The notes: a model not told the origin generated them from the letters alone. A DNA stretch of 64,000 nt from Lama glama (GCA_028534125.1 CM052818.1:24864001-24928000), one strand, 5' to 3'; numbered from the stretch's first letter, positions 1 to 13,895 are shown. A program made the numbers and translations.

Positions 1-1269
1 TATGGGCCCAATACTCAGGTTACTTTGAATATTACAATTGTAACTTTTTTATTTTTCAAAAAATTCAATCAGGAACAATATTTATGTAGTTTCCCTAAGC
101 ATTTAAGTAAAAGCATGCCTTTTTAAGATATGTTTTTTGCATCTGAACCATTTCTCGTATCATAACCAGAGATCACATAATACAGGCATAAAATAAAGAG
201 AACAATATAATAATAATAAAGCTCTCTGGATATCTTTCAATAAACTATATGAAATGTTTTGAGTCATCTTACCTTCTCCTCGCCTTTGTTCCTCAGTATT
301 CTTATGATGTATGAAGGCGAGGTACCCAGCCACCCCAGTTTGCTAAACCAGTACCAATTTCAGTACTAAACCTGGGGGAGTCTGGGGCAAACCCGGACAG
401 CCGGTCACCCTGTGAGGTAGAGGGACACCATTACCCCCAGTTCACTAATGAGGAATCTGCAAACATGATGAGGAATCAAGTCTCTGGAGCCCAAAATAAT
501 ATTTCCCTAAGAGCCATGGGACTTAGACTGTTTTAGAAAAGGCTCACATTCCTTCTTTCTCTCCCTAAGTACCTTTTTCCGTTAAAAGTGACCACCCTTA
601 ATTCCCAGCCAAGAAAATTGTATTCCCTTGTCAGAGCGAGAAGAAGTAATGGGTAGGTCCCAGTATGGAACCTGTAATCTAAAGGAACAGAATATTGTTT
701 AAAAAAATTTCATTGTAGTGGAAAAGTAGCAGAGATGAGTTATCAACCAGAAGAAAATACTCGGATGACTTTTGTATAAGTGCATAATAAAGCATCCTCT
801 AAGAAAAGACTGTCTTATTGACTGAGATCTCGTTTGCTGCCAGTAACTCTTTCTAGACTTCCTGTCAAGGTTTCTAACAGAACTCTGCATAAGACACACG
901 TTTCCAAAGGAAGCTGAGGAGTGATTAGACCGAAATCAAGTTTTCATACACCCTAATTTCTTTAAGAAAGCTGTTTTTTGAGACCTTCAAGAAAGGATGG
1001 AATGGCTCTGTAAGTAGCTTTAGAGCAGTGATTTTTTTTCCAAACCCTCTACAGTCTCCAAAGGGCCGTGGCAGCATGAGGAAGGAAGCACTCCTTTGCT
1101 GTGCCCCCAACACCACTTTTACCAGTTTTTATGCTTCTATCATTTCCCATAAGATTTCACTTTAAAAACAAGCAATGGAGCTTAATTGTTATTTTTTTTT
1201 AAGTGTCTTAAAAAAAAAAAGTTCTCTGTGATACCAAGTAGTCAATACATCTTAGTTTTTTGAAAGATC

Positions 1270-1680
1270 ATTCTAACTACCAAGTTAAGAATAGATGATA
1301 GTGGGGCAAGGATGGAAACAAAGAGACTAGTTAAGACTACTGCAGTGATCCGGGTAAGAAAAGAACGAGAATGATGCTGGGCCTTCTGACTGCAGCTAGA
1401 GGGTGGAGTTACCCTCCATTGAGCTGCGGAAAACTGCAGGGGGAGTAAGTTGGAGTTTAGGGCTTGTTCAGTTCTGCATGATTATTAGACACCATGTGAA
1501 GATGCCAAACAGTAGTTCAGTATACAGATCTGGAGTTTAGGGGAGAGGGTGGGCATCACTAGTGTAGATAACATTTAAATCCCTGAGATCACCTAGGGAA
1601 TGAGTACAAATAGAGAAGAGAAGCTTTCTCTGAGGATGACATGCTTAGAGTTCTGGAAGGTGCTATTTTAAGGAGACTAA
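1270..1680 (-). mobile_element. L2 LINE fragment
   Basis: Purine-rich antisense L2-like blocks (tatacagatctggagtttagggg; gagatcacctagggaatgagt). Boundaries approximate. Confidence 0.6.
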
Positions 1681-4539
1681 GTCCAAAGTTAAGTATTTAG
1701 CACATGCAGCTGAAGGAAATGCATTTAAATATCACTCTATGAAGCATGACTTTTCATTTAGATCAAATGACCACTCTTCTAAATTCATTTTGCTCATTTA
1801 CAATTCCGAGTTTTCTTACGTACATAAACAAAATGAAGTTTTATCTGTTAATATGTTGGCTCCATTGGCAGAAGACCTCTGCAGAAAGTTACATGTTGCC
1901 AGTTTTATATCGGTGTTAGCAGACGTTTCACAAAGGGAAATCAGCTAAGTCAATTCCAGTAGTGATTTAGCTTTTCTCCCCCCAATTCTAGGAAATTAAG
2001 GAAGTTTTTTTCTGTCAGAAATGAAACATCTTTCATTATTGTGAATACTGTTGTAAATTCAGCTCAGCACTGCTTGTGTGTCTGTTTACACATTGTTTGG
2101 TAGACCACAGCATCATGGCAAAAATTAACGTTCTTACTAAATAAAGAAACCTATGAGATGGAAATGTACTTGGAATTTGATGTGGTACCCACATAATTCA
2201 CAGTTACCTCCAAACAAGCTGTGACATTCTGAATTGAAATAGAAACTTATCAAAATATAAAAGACTGTTTCAAAAGTTTTTACAATATATACAGAGTAAC
2301 TGAACTGCAGACCGTCAGTGATAAAGATGACTAAATGCAAAAAAAAAAAAATTCGGCATGACAGAAAATGCTTTATTTGTTTGCCTGTCATTAGTTGGGT
2401 TTAAAATGTTTAAGCCTTTGAAGAATTACATTGTAAGTCAGCCCAGAGTATCATACATTATACTGCTACTTTAAAGAAGTTGCCTTGCTGTGGTTGCATT
2501 TTTTTTCCAGAATTCATTGGAAATCTGTAATCCAAGAATTCAACAAATGGAGTGCCAAAAAAAAGTTAAGTTTTTGAAATTTTTGATGAATTATAGTTAC
2601 TAAAAACAAAACTGACAACAGGACATTAAAAATCTACCCCTAAAAACACCAAGGAAGAAATGAACAAAGCTGTGAGAGCTCAATAATGCACCATGTTTAT
2701 TCTGGAATTCTGTAAATATAGTCTTGGATAGTCTCATGGGGAGAACCTTCTAACGGCTTCCTTAATTTGAATTGGATAAATGTATATTCTAGAGTGGAAT
2801 GGAATGGAATTGAGAAGGGCTTATTAGATTTTATAGCTTCTGAATTTGGTAAAGCAATTAAAATAATAGAGACAACTTAGCTGAGTTCTGTGTTATGAAA
2901 ATATTTGTCAAAGGCACTCTGAATACAGAAGCTGTGAACCAAAGGGCTGAAATACTTACTTTCCCTGTGAAAGAAGTAGGACTGACAGTCTCCTCCATTT
3001 AGCAGAATTTACTCTCAGCTCTCTACCATTACTTCCTATAGAGAAACTGTTTTCTCAAATAAAAATATCATTTCCAGATAAGTTTATCAAACATAAAAAT
3101 GAAACTTTGAAGAATATTGCAGGCAATTGTTTAAAAAAATTTAGAAGTTCATATTTTAGAAAAAAGTACTACATTCTTCAGAAAAATACCAGTGATGACA
3201 GCAGATACATCTAAGCAGATACATCTGAGAAACTGATCAGTATATGAATACAGACCAAAAATAATTATTTCGCTTATTTTTAATGTTAAATGATACTTTT
3301 TAAAGTTTGTATTAAAAAAAAAATTCATTGTGCCAGATATGTTGTCTTTAGATTCACCATAATAAACCAATTTGTTAGACAATATAGAATATATGATATT
3401 CTATATAAATACATATATATTCTATAAATATAAATATAGAATATATTATTATTTGTTATTTATATAGAAATTTATTTTTATTTCTAACCCCTTTGTTCTC
3501 AACAATGTTTCTGCCTGAACTGTAAATTAAATGGTGACCAGATCCAGAAGCCAGACTACATTTTGTATATTTCAGACTAATTATGGACTTCTAGATTAAG
3601 AAAACAGATTGAAACTTCACTGAAGTATTTGCATTCTCCTATATTTAATAAGATAAGAAAAAGAATAGCATAAATAGAAAGAAAAAATTTACCAGCAGCA
3701 ACCAGACAAGGAAAGGGCATAATCTAATGCCATAAACTTCAAAATCTGGCCATGACAGAAAGAAAGAGAAAGTTACAGACAAGAGCCAATGGAATAGTGG
3801 CTACTTATAAGGTTACTGAGGCAAAGTGTGACCCAAAAATATCGTGCCCAACCAAGATGTCATTTTAGTACAGAGATACTTTCAAATATAAAAAAGTTCA
3901 GGCAACATTTCACTAATAAGCACTTTTGGGAGAAAAATTAATAAAATCCAGACATTTAAGAGACGAACCAACTGAAAAATGGAGAAAGCCAAGGTAAAGT
4001 GACTAGTCGTGAGGATTGAATCAAATATACAACTGATTTTGAACAAGCGGGAATTACAGGACAGAATGCCATTGCTATGAATCTGGACGATGGCAAGAAT
4101 AACAAACAGCAGAAAGCAGGATGGAAGGAAATAGGAAGAGTGTGCCCAATTCTATAGAAGTCCTCAGTTCACCTAGTCTTTTGTCTAAGTATATACATGG
4201 AAAGATATCTTTAAGGCTTTTAAAACCTATTGGAAGAAAACATCTTAGGGCCATAACCCTGGTTTTAAGCAGTTCTTCCTCATTTTTCTCCCAGTAGGAA
4301 GGAGGAAATGGGACACTTCTTTTGTTTCAGACATACCAGTATTTAAGTTTTTTTTCATGTTCTTGAATCATCCTGCAGAGATGCAAAAAAGAGCTGACTT
4401 TCTACTTGTTTGTTTTGAGTTATGTTTCTATTTCAGAATTTTATCTCCTTAGTTACAAATGCTTCGTTCACAGGCAGTTCAAATATTTAATAATTTAAAA
4501 GACTTTACTTTGTGTTGAATCTTATGGGTCAGATGCTCG

Positions 4540-4725
4540 TGATTTTAGGAGTTTCTGCATCAGAAACTCTGCGGGTGGGACCAACCTTGTGTTCTACCAA
4601 GCCCTTCAGTTGGTTCTGATAACACACTAAATAGGTTTGGCTAAGGAGGGCCTGAGAATTTGCATTTGTGGTTCCCAGGTGGTACTGATGCCGCTTGCCT
4701 GGGGACACACCTTGAGAACTACTGC
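4540..4725. mobile_element. MER5-like hAT-Charlie fragments
   Basis: cagaaactctgcgggtggga and gggcctgagaatttgcatt...ggggacacaccttgagaactactg resemble MER5A. Approximate. Confidence 0.55.
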
Positions 4726-4919
4726 CCTCAAGGGAAGGCGAGTTGGAAAGAGGCCCATTTGGAAGTAGATGTCCTACCTAGCTTTGAGCAGCCGTGGGAA
4801 GGGATTGCTATGTTCTGCAGAGCTTCTCTGAAGGGCTCCATCCGGCCCACTAGTCTCCACCTGGCCGTTGTCTCCCCTATACGCATCACGGAGGACGCTG
4901 GAAATCATGACCACAGCAG

Positions 4920-5110
4920 CTGACAGCCGAGTGCTCACTCTGTGCCAGGCCCTGTTCTAAATACTCTCCATAAGTTTCTCACTTGTTCACTTCTAAGATA
5001 GGTACTTTTATGCCATTTTACAGATGAGAAAACTGAAGCAATAATTTCCCAAAGTCCCATGGCTAGTAAGTGGCAGAGCCAAATGCACACCATCTAACAC
5101 CAAAGTCTGC
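4920..5110 (-). mobile_element. MIR SINE
   Basis: Core ccattttacagatgagaaaactgaagc...cccaaagtcccatggctagtaagtggcagagcc. Confidence 0.7.
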
Positions 5111-6609
5111 ACTCTCGGCCCCGTCAACAGAAGCTTGGGTTACTTTACGCTGTGTTGGTAGATGATACTGCTCAGTTATAGAACTTTGTAAAAAAAAAAA
5201 AAAAAAAAGATTACTCTCTTCTATCTAGGTGAAGTTTTATTCCTTTAACTTCTAAAATGATTTAAAAGCAGTTCAGCAAATTATATGTTACAGAGTAGGA
5301 AAGTTGCAAATAAAAATAGAGACCAACCAGAAGGGGAGAAAACGTTACCAAACCTGCACATGGGTAACTAAATGTATGTGTGTGTAGGCAAAAGACCTGG
5401 GCTCCGTCTCAGGAATAAATTACTGCATGGTTCCTCAGGTATAAAACACTTGGTAACCATGATCGCCTTCCTTGTCTATTCATTGTCTTTAGTAGTTTTG
5501 CAAAAAGTATCGTCACAGTATTCAGTACAGTATAGTGTATAGTATGCAAATAGATGTGTCCTGTATCAATACCCTAAAGCTATGTGTGTGAAGTTAAAAC
5601 ATGCCTTAGAAAAAAGATTTCCTGCCCAGCCCTGACAGAATATTATCCTGTTACTTGTTTTCTAACAACCTGCTCTTCTTTCTCCTGCTAACCTCGGGGT
5701 AAGGGTCAGAACTAGGAAAGATTAACAAGTGTTCATTAGACGTTCCCAGATTGCAGGATTTTTTGTTTAATTTTTAAATTTCCTGCCAACAAAAATTTAT
5801 ACTGTCTTCAGAATAGTAAAGATTATTTAAGTTCTGTTAGACTTCTATAGAATTAGATGCTGTCCAAAATGAAAGTATCTGACCTAACTTACTTTAGATG
5901 GTGATGGAAATAAAATAAAGAGAAAGTGAGAAGTGTACTCAGAAAATCTGGAAGTTAAGGTTGAGTGTATCCCCTTATGGTAATCTAATTTCTGAGAATA
6001 AAATGTAAAGCTGAGAAATTTAGATTCAATAATTGAACACTGTATTTAATTTTATTTAGTGATGATGCTCATTGTGTTGTTTACTGACTGTTTAGCCTTT
6101 TCTCTAGTCTTGGACTTAAGTAGATGTTCTTAACCTTTTGGGTCTCCTTTAAAAATACAGTGAAAGCTAGGGACCATCTTCCTTAGAAACAAATAGATCT
6201 ACACTTGCAAAATTTTATATATAACCATGAAAAGGGAAGTGAAAGTTATAGGTGTAATTTTGTAAAAGGTTTTTCTAGACAATATATTTCCTCTTGGATC
6301 TAGCAACTTTCTATTCATGTAATGTATTTAAAGAATTGAATTTTCTGGTTAATTAAAAAATCTGCTTAACTTATGTCGTGTTTTATTATACCTGAAAAAC
6401 TACTTTTCAAAGAACAGAACACAACAACTGTACCATCTCTCTGTGATTCTGAAAGCTTTTCAGGATCCTGTAATTTCTTTAAAACAATATTAGTAATCCT
6501 AAATTTTATTTAATATGTAAAAATAATCCTGTGTACTTCAATTATCTCATATTTAGGTTTTAAATATTTGAACTTACTGTAATAGGATTCTATCGTTTTT
6601 GTATTTCAG

Positions 6610-6718
6610 AATTGCCTTTGCCTTCAGAAAGTGTCGATACTATTATTTCTGACATTCCATTTGGGAAAAAGTTTAAGTTAGGAGAAGACATCAAAAGCAT
6701 TCTACAAGAAATGGAAAG
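6610..6718 (+). CDS. THUMPD2: THUMPD2 penultimate coding exon (109 nt), SAM-dependent RNA m2G methyltransferase domain
   Basis: Acceptor tttcAG at 6608-6609 and donor GTaagt at 6719. Translates (E)LPLPSESVDTIISDIPFGKKFKLGEDIKSILQEME(R), with the DIPFG motif recognised from THUMPD2. Phase 2 joins exactly to the 12856 exon. Confidence 0.93.
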
Positions 6719-8249
6719 GTAAGTTGTGGATTTATTTCCATGATTTTTGAGCTATTGGTCATTTAACCAAAATAGCTCTTCAGTTAAGATTTGACTGCAT
6801 TTTAATAATTTCCCATAGTTTTTATAGCTTAATTTTCTAAGGTTTCAAATCAGAAGTTTATAATTAAATAGTTAGTTATTCCATAGCATCTTACACTGTA
6901 ACTTTTATTCAGAAAAAAAAAAGTATTTTTTCATTGTTGACTGAAATTTGAGTATCTAAAATAGTAACCTCTCTTTCAGTCGCTGAGCTAGTTAATTTAC
7001 ACACTTACTTCTAATCCTCCCCAAAACCCTGCCTCCTGTGTGTGAATCCCCCACACTTCATAGGTGAGAAACTGGGACCCAGAAAGTTTATCTTTCTCAA
7101 GATCACAGAGCTACCGAACAACAAAACAGAATTTCCACAGAGAACATTGAGTCACATAGAATGGACAATACCATTGTTGATGGTGATTTGAAAATGAAGA
7201 GATGCCATTTGTGTTGTGTTTCTAAGGTAAGCCTCGGAGAATATAATTCAAAGTATTTCTCTGAGAGTTTCAAACAGTGTGGCCTGAAAGGTATTTTCCT
7301 GATCATTTAAGTTGATAGAGGAGAGAGCCTACAATGTGTAGAGGAATGAAAGGGCATGGATAAGGGGTCAGTTTGTATGGAGTTGTGTCAACTGAGCACT
7401 TGGTGGTGCAGGACAACATCCATGGTGCAGAGCCTGCAGGTAACCCTGCTGTCACCTGGGATCTTCTTTCTGGGCCACACCTACAAGTTAGACACTTTCT
7501 GAGCTCCCGTACTCCCCTCTGCCTGACAGCACATTCCCCTCGAGCAGATTCTGCAACCCTGACTTCACACTAACATCACTTCAGGAGCTTCTGAGAAACA
7601 CCGTTGCCCATTCTCCGCCACTCCCGGCCGAGGCTCCGACTGAATTGGTCTGGAGGGAGCCTGGGCGTCAGTATTTCCTAAGGGCTCCTGAACTGCTTCT
7701 GTCGAGCGCCAGGGTTGACGACCCCAGCCTTCGTGCCTACTGAGCTATTCACCAGCTATGCTATTCAGCCCGCTCATGGTGAGATACCAGTGTGTGTGAG
7801 CATATTGGACTGAATGTGGAACTTTACACTTAACCTGGAACTTTCCAGAGATGGTGGCTTACCATCCCTCGGTCTAGTGCTGCATGTCTTACACATGTCC
7901 ACAAGGCAGTGGAGGGCAGTGTTTGGAGTAGGCAGTCCTTTCAGCATTAGTAAAATTATACCAGCCTGACTTACTCTAGGCCAGTTTTGGTTTTTATGCT
8001 AGGTAGCTGGAAATGAGACAGTAACAGACATGACTGTCATCACATTGTTTCGGTAAACCCAAATATTTGCCTGGGAAACAGGAAGATATTCCAGATTTCC
8101 CACATAATTTGAGTATCTCGGTGGGATCAGTTCGAGGTTAACATATTTGGACAAAAGGAACGTTCCCGTCTCCTGTGACCAAGCCTCCCTGCCACCTGCC
8201 CTTCACATTTGCGGTTTTCTTTGCCCTCTTCTGGTCTGAGGCTGATGCA

Positions 8250-8480
8250 GGCAGTGCAGCGCAGTGTAGTGGTGGCGAGTCCCAGCTTCGGAGCCTGACT
8301 GCCTGGCACCGATCCTGGCTCTGTTAACACTTCCTCCGTCCTAGGCACGTCGCTTAACCACTCTGTGCCTCGTCTTTAGATAACAGTACCTACTGCACAG
8401 CACTGCTCTGAGGAGCCAGTGGACTTAAAGCTCTTCGAACGGTGCTGGGCACCTGGAAAGTGTTCAGTAACTGTTTGCTT
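8250..8480 (+). mobile_element. MIR SINE
   Basis: gcagtgtagtggt...gatcctggctctg...cttaaccactctgtgcctc...tacctac...ggtgctgggcacctgg. Confidence 0.65.
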
Positions 8481-9995
8481 TGTTTTAGCTTAAGCCACTT
8501 CCGATCCTTTTGAGATCCTCTTTAGGTGGGGATATATATATATATAAATTTATCTAAGTCAACATAACTTTTTTCCCAGTGGTTTACCAATAGTTTAAGA
8601 CTCTAAATAGAAAATGGAAGGGAATGGAGAGGGAATGTTGTTAGCAAAAATAAGAAAAAATATAAGAGGCCAGTAAACCTGCTCATAGTTGGCCCTAAAG
8701 GTAAGACAGCACTGGATTCTTTAAGAAAGAACATGCCCTCAGACTCTTAAATCATCAGACAGATGACTGCTCTGGTGATGTGAGCTACACACTCCTGGCT
8801 CAGTTATTTCCTCCCCTAATTTATTTCAGCAGTAACAGTCTCATGCGTGCAAAGTGCAGTGAGGAATTCAGACAAGTATAATATTTGAGTTTTCCTCTCT
8901 AATATAACCATGTAAAACATGAGCAAAATTAGAAATCAGCTTGCTCGGCTTGAAGGAGGAAGTCACTGTATCCCCAAAGACTCGAGGTGGATTCATGGAA
9001 GAAGCAGGATTTCAGTGAAATTTAGAAATTTGCAAAGAATAAAAAAGACCACGCCATGCTTTATACATACACTCAACTTGAGTACATCTTGAGTAAACAG
9101 TGAAGCAAAAAGGGTATTCAAAAAAACAATGAATTTACTGGACTGCTTGGAATGGAGACAGTGGTAGAAGGTTAAGGCCTCATGCCTTCCAAGTTCAAAT
9201 AATTTGGGAATTTGTACCATCAACCCCTAATCACGCAGGTTCACATGCAAAAGGGAAATCTCTTTCACGTTGTTTGATACAGAATTTCCCCAACTTATTG
9301 CACATAATTTTTGTTGTTTTTATAGGAAATAATCTCTCATACTACACTAGTGTTCAGAGGACTACAACTTGGGAAATGTTGCTTTTTAATTTCTAAATAG
9401 CTTTCTTAATAAGAAATTATGTGTATACGAACATGGAAAGATGCCTGGAAGGACAGTTTATCCAATATGTTCATCTCTGAGTAGCAGGATTTCAGGTGAT
9501 TTTTACTTTCTTATTTTCCCTGTTATTTGAAAAAAATTTACAATAAATAAATTAGTGAATATCCTGCTAGACGTGTTTCCATGTACATATACACAAATAC
9601 ATACATGTTTTCAATTTCACATAAATAGGATCATCCTTAATTTACTGCAGTGTATAAACTGCTTTTTTTTTCATTCAAAAATATGTCATGAATCTCTTTT
9701 CTGATCAGTTGTTATAATGTACATTGTATTTTTCAGTGGCTGCCACATATATTATACATATATACCATTATGTAGCTGGTACTTATGGATGGACATTTAG
9801 GTAACACCCACTTTTTCATTTTAATAAAGAACAATGCTCTGAACATCTTTGCACAGTTTTTCAAACTTACTCTATGACCAAGTTACTTAAAACCACAGTG
9901 CCTCAGCTTCTTCATCTGCAAAATGGCTATGCTGAGAATATACTTGAATTCTGAAGATTAAATGATATATAATACAAAGCATTTAAAACAGTGCC

Positions 9996-11788
9996 CCATT
10001 CAACATAGTCTTGGAATTCCTAGCCACTGCAGTCAGGCAAGAAAAAGAAATAAAAGGGATCCACATTGGAAGAGAAGAGGTAAAACTGTCACTATATGTG
10101 GACGACATGATACTATGCATAGAAAACCCTAAAAGCTCCACACAAAAACTACTACAACTGATAAAAGAATTTGGCAAGGTAGCAGGATACATGATTAACA
10201 TGCAGAAGTCAGTTGCATTTCTTTACACTAACAATGAAATAGGAAAAGAAAGTAAAGAAACAATCCCTTTTATAAAATCGCATCCAAAACATTAAAATAC
10301 TTAGGAATAAATCTGACCGAGGAGGTGAAAGATTTATACACGGAGAATTACAAAATACTGATTAAGGAAATTAAAGATGATGTAAAGAAATGGAGACATA
10401 TCCCTTGCTGTTGGATTGGAAGAATCAATACTGTTAAAATGGTCATGCTGCCCAAGGCAATCTACAGATTTAATGCAATCCCTATCAAATTACCCAGGAC
10501 ACATTTCACAGAACTAGAACAAATCATAATAAAATTTATATGGAACCATCAAAGACCTAGAATTGCCAAAGCATTACTGAAGAAAAAGAAAGAGGTGGAG
10601 GAATAACTCTCCCAGACTTCAGACAATACTACAGAGCTACAGTAATCAAAACAGTGTGGTATTGGCAGAAAAACAGACATATGGACCAATGGAACAGAAC
10701 AGAGAGCCCAGAAATAAACCCACAGACCTACAGTCAATTAATCTTCAACAAAGGAGGCAAGAATATACAATGGAGAAAAGACAGTCTCTTCAGCAAGTCG
10801 TTTTGAGAAAACCGTACAGCATCAGGCAAATCAGTGAAGCAAGAACACTCCCTCACTCCATGCACAAAAATAAACTCAAGGTGGCTTAAAAACTTAAATA
10901 TGAGACAAGACACAATAAATCTCTTAGAAGAAAACATAGGCAAACCATTCTCTGACATAAACCTTAGCAATGTTCTCTTAGGGCAGTCTACCCAGGCAAT
11001 AGAAATAAAAGCAAAATGGGATCTAATTAAACTTATAAGCATTTGCACAGCAAAGGAAACCATAAGCAAAACAAAAAGACAGCTTACAGAATGGGAGAAA
11101 ATATTTGTAAAAGATGAGACTGACAAGGGCTTAATTTCCTGAATATATAAACAGCTCATACAACTTAATAAGAAAAAAAAATCCAAATATGGGCAGAAGA
11201 CCTAAACAAGCAATTCTCCAGTAAAGACATACAACTGGCCAACAGGCACATGAAAAATTTTCAATATCACTAATTATCAGAGAAACGCAAATCCAAACTA
11301 TAATGAGGTATCACCTCACACCAATCAGAATGGTCATCATTCAAAAGTCCACAAACAATAAACACTGGAGAGGCTGTAGAGAAAAGGGAACCCTCCTACA
11401 CTGCTGGTGGGAATGCAGTTTGGTACAGCCATTATGGAAAACTGTATGGAGATTCTCAAAAAACTAAACATAGACTTACCATATGATCCAGCAATCCCAC
11501 TGCTGGGCATACATCTGGAGGAAACTCTATTCAAAAAGATACACGCCTCCCCTCAATGTTCACAGCAGCACTATTTACAGTAGCCAAGACATGGAAGCAA
11601 CCTAAATGTCCATCAACAGATAACTAGATAAAGAAGCTGTATTATATTTATACAACGGAATACTACCCAGCCATAAAAATGAATAAAATAATGCCATTTG
11701 TAGCAACATGGGTGGACCTAGAGATTGTCATTCTAAGTGAAGTAGGCCAGAAAGAGAAAGACAAAGACAAATACCATATGATATCACT
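9996..11788 (+). mobile_element. L1 ORF2 3' fragment (RT C-terminal part to Cys-rich domain), frameshifted, no 3'UTR
   Basis: ORF pieces [33 protein letters not shown] (YADD-type RT motif), KDLYTENYK...[13 protein letters not shown], and KWDLIKLISICTAKET. Confidence 0.95.
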
Positions 11789-11789
11789 G

Positions 11790-12350
11790 TTGTCCAGATT
11801 TTCGCACAGGCTCTGTTTCATGGGCTCTTCCTCCTCTGTCCTGCCTTGAATGTTAAGTCTCTTCCTTGGCCCCTTGTCTTTTCTCTGTGCTGCCACCCCA
11901 GCGATCTCATCCACCATTATGTCTTTATCTCCCATTTACTGTTGGAAACTGGAATCTCTGCCCTGAGCCCTGGCCTTTCTCATCCCCTCCACGCTCAGCA
12001 CAGTCCACCCAGAACTCCCCTCCTCTCCTCCCCCAGCCTGTGGCTCGCCCCCAAGCTGAACTACATGCCGCGCTCCTCCTCTTCACTTCTTCCTGCCTTT
12101 GCTGCTCTCTGCTTCCAGGACCCCCGTGCCCCCGTCCCCAGCGGTCCCTCCGCCCAGCCCACTCCTGCTGGTCCTTGACACCCCGGGTAGGTATCCCATC
12201 CTCTGGGGATTTCCCCGACTGCCGCCGAAACTGTTCCCGCAGGCCTCACATGTGCCCGGTGGTGGCGTTCGCCGCACTTCCTCACTCCTCACTTACTTGC
12301 CTCTCCCGCTGTTCGGTCATCGCTTTAGCAACTCAGGGGACTGTATGTCA
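11790..12350 (+). mobile_element. Degenerate L2 fragment
   Basis: Pyrimidine-rich L2 3'-like motifs (atctctgccctgagccct; cctgcctttgctgctctctgcttccagga). Confidence 0.5.
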
Positions 12351-12855
12351 TTCGGCACCTTTTCCACAGAAGTGCCATTCAGACTTCGGTCAAAGGATTA
12401 AAAAAACGAATTCTCCTCCACCAGTTGACGTCTCAAGGTCTTCCTTCTTCTTCTGATCTCCCCTCTTGCCCTTTCTTTGTTCCTGTCCTCACTCCTGCCC
12501 TTGACTTTACTCTGCTATCAGCCTACTGCCTTTGACACACGCTGATTCCTTTGGATTCTTTCATTTGCTTTTCCTTTGTACAATCACTTATTAGACTGTG
12601 ACTACAAATTACTTTGAGGCTTGCCTTTTAAATAGAGTAAAAATAGATAATTAAAGCAGATCTGTACTAGTGATTTCATAATTACTATAATGAATATGCA
12701 TTATGGAAGATACTACCTAATTATCAAAATCCTCGTATTTAAATACATAAAATTAAATTTCAAATTAAAAACACCAAATATTTTAAACAAAGTGGGATTG
12801 TTTGTTGTCTGCGAAGAAAGAAACACTCATACCAATTATCATTTTTTTGTCGCAG

Positions 12856-13180
12856 AGTGCTTCACATTGGTGGAACCGCCGTGCTGTTGCTCAGCGAAGA
12901 TCACTGCAGGCGCCTTAGAGATCACGGAGGGACCAGCATCCCTCTGAACTGTAGGGAGGGCCACGCAGGTGAACCCGGGAGTGAAGAGTGCTTGAATCCT
13001 GAGGGGAAAACTGGCATATCAGACCCAGTGTCACCTTCATTCGCAGCCAGTAACCAGGACTCCTTGGACAGAATGCCACCATTTGGCTCTTTGGTGCCAG
13101 TGGAATGCTACAAAGTTAGCCTGGGAAAAACAGATGCATTCATGTGCAAATATAAGAAGCTGCACTCTCCTGGACCATAG
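12856..13180 (+). CDS. THUMPD2: THUMPD2 last coding exon
   Basis: Acceptor ttttgtcgcAG at 12854-12855. Translates VLHIGGTAVLLLSEDHCRRL...SLVPVECYKVSLGKTDAFMCKYKKLHSPGP*, matching the recalled THUMPD2 C-terminus. In frame with the previous exon (AG|A = Arg). Confidence 0.93.
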
Positions 13181-13750
13181 CAGGCTTGCTGCCGTAGGCT
13201 GGGTTCAGGTCCTATGCCAGCTGTACAGCAGCAGAAGGTGGTTTTCTGTGAACTCTTGACAGTGCCAGAGGGTTCCAAGTAAACAGACACCCCTAAGACA
13301 GGGGCTGGGGCTGCTGGACACTTGTTCTTAATAAGAGCTTCTACTTCACACGCTAAAGGATGTTTCTGACAAAGAACAATTAATATATATGTGAACTAAC
13401 AGACTCTTAAGCTTTGCCTTTCGTCAGAATGTGAAAAGATCAGCTCTGCCTGCACTGTTTCTGAGCAGAGGCTTCAACTTCAAAACCAAAGTTTTTAGAG
13501 GCTCACCATAAAGTATATGGCAGTCATCACATGTTTGGTAATGTTTTCACCATCAGATTTTTTGAAATGTAGAAACTTTCATGTTTTGACATCAGCTTCT
13601 TTTGATATTAAACTTGATTTTTTGAACCTGTAATTTTCTTCTCCGTTGGAATGAAACTAACTTGTGTTTGCAATACACTGTGTATGTGCCATACACAAGT
13701 CAGTGGGAGTAAGAGCAATGTGAATTAAGCCAGTGTCCTTCAACATGAAA

Positions 13751-13786
13751 AATAAACTTTGCTTTTTTCCTGAAAGCATTAATAAA
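13751..13786 (+). terminator. Candidate THUMPD2 polyadenylation signals (AATAAA x2)
   Basis: AATAAA at 13751-13756 and 13781-13786, about 570-600 nt after the stop codon and just before repeat-derived sequence begins. Confidence 0.6.
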
Positions 13787-13895
13787 TTGTGACCTCATTC
13801 TGATTTAAAAAAAAGGCATTCCTTGTGTTCACTACTTGAAGAAACAGGAAGTTGATGAAAAATATCATTTCATTTCTTTTCTTTCAGTAGCTTCA

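Noticed and set aside
1..6609. Further THUMPD2 exons upstream
   Set aside because: No frame with splice sites resembling THUMPD2 seen. The previous exon is presumably before the window.
11866..12456. 196-aa Pro/Ser-rich ORF
   Set aside because: Lies in GC-rich L2-derived sequence where stop codons are scarce. No homology recognised.
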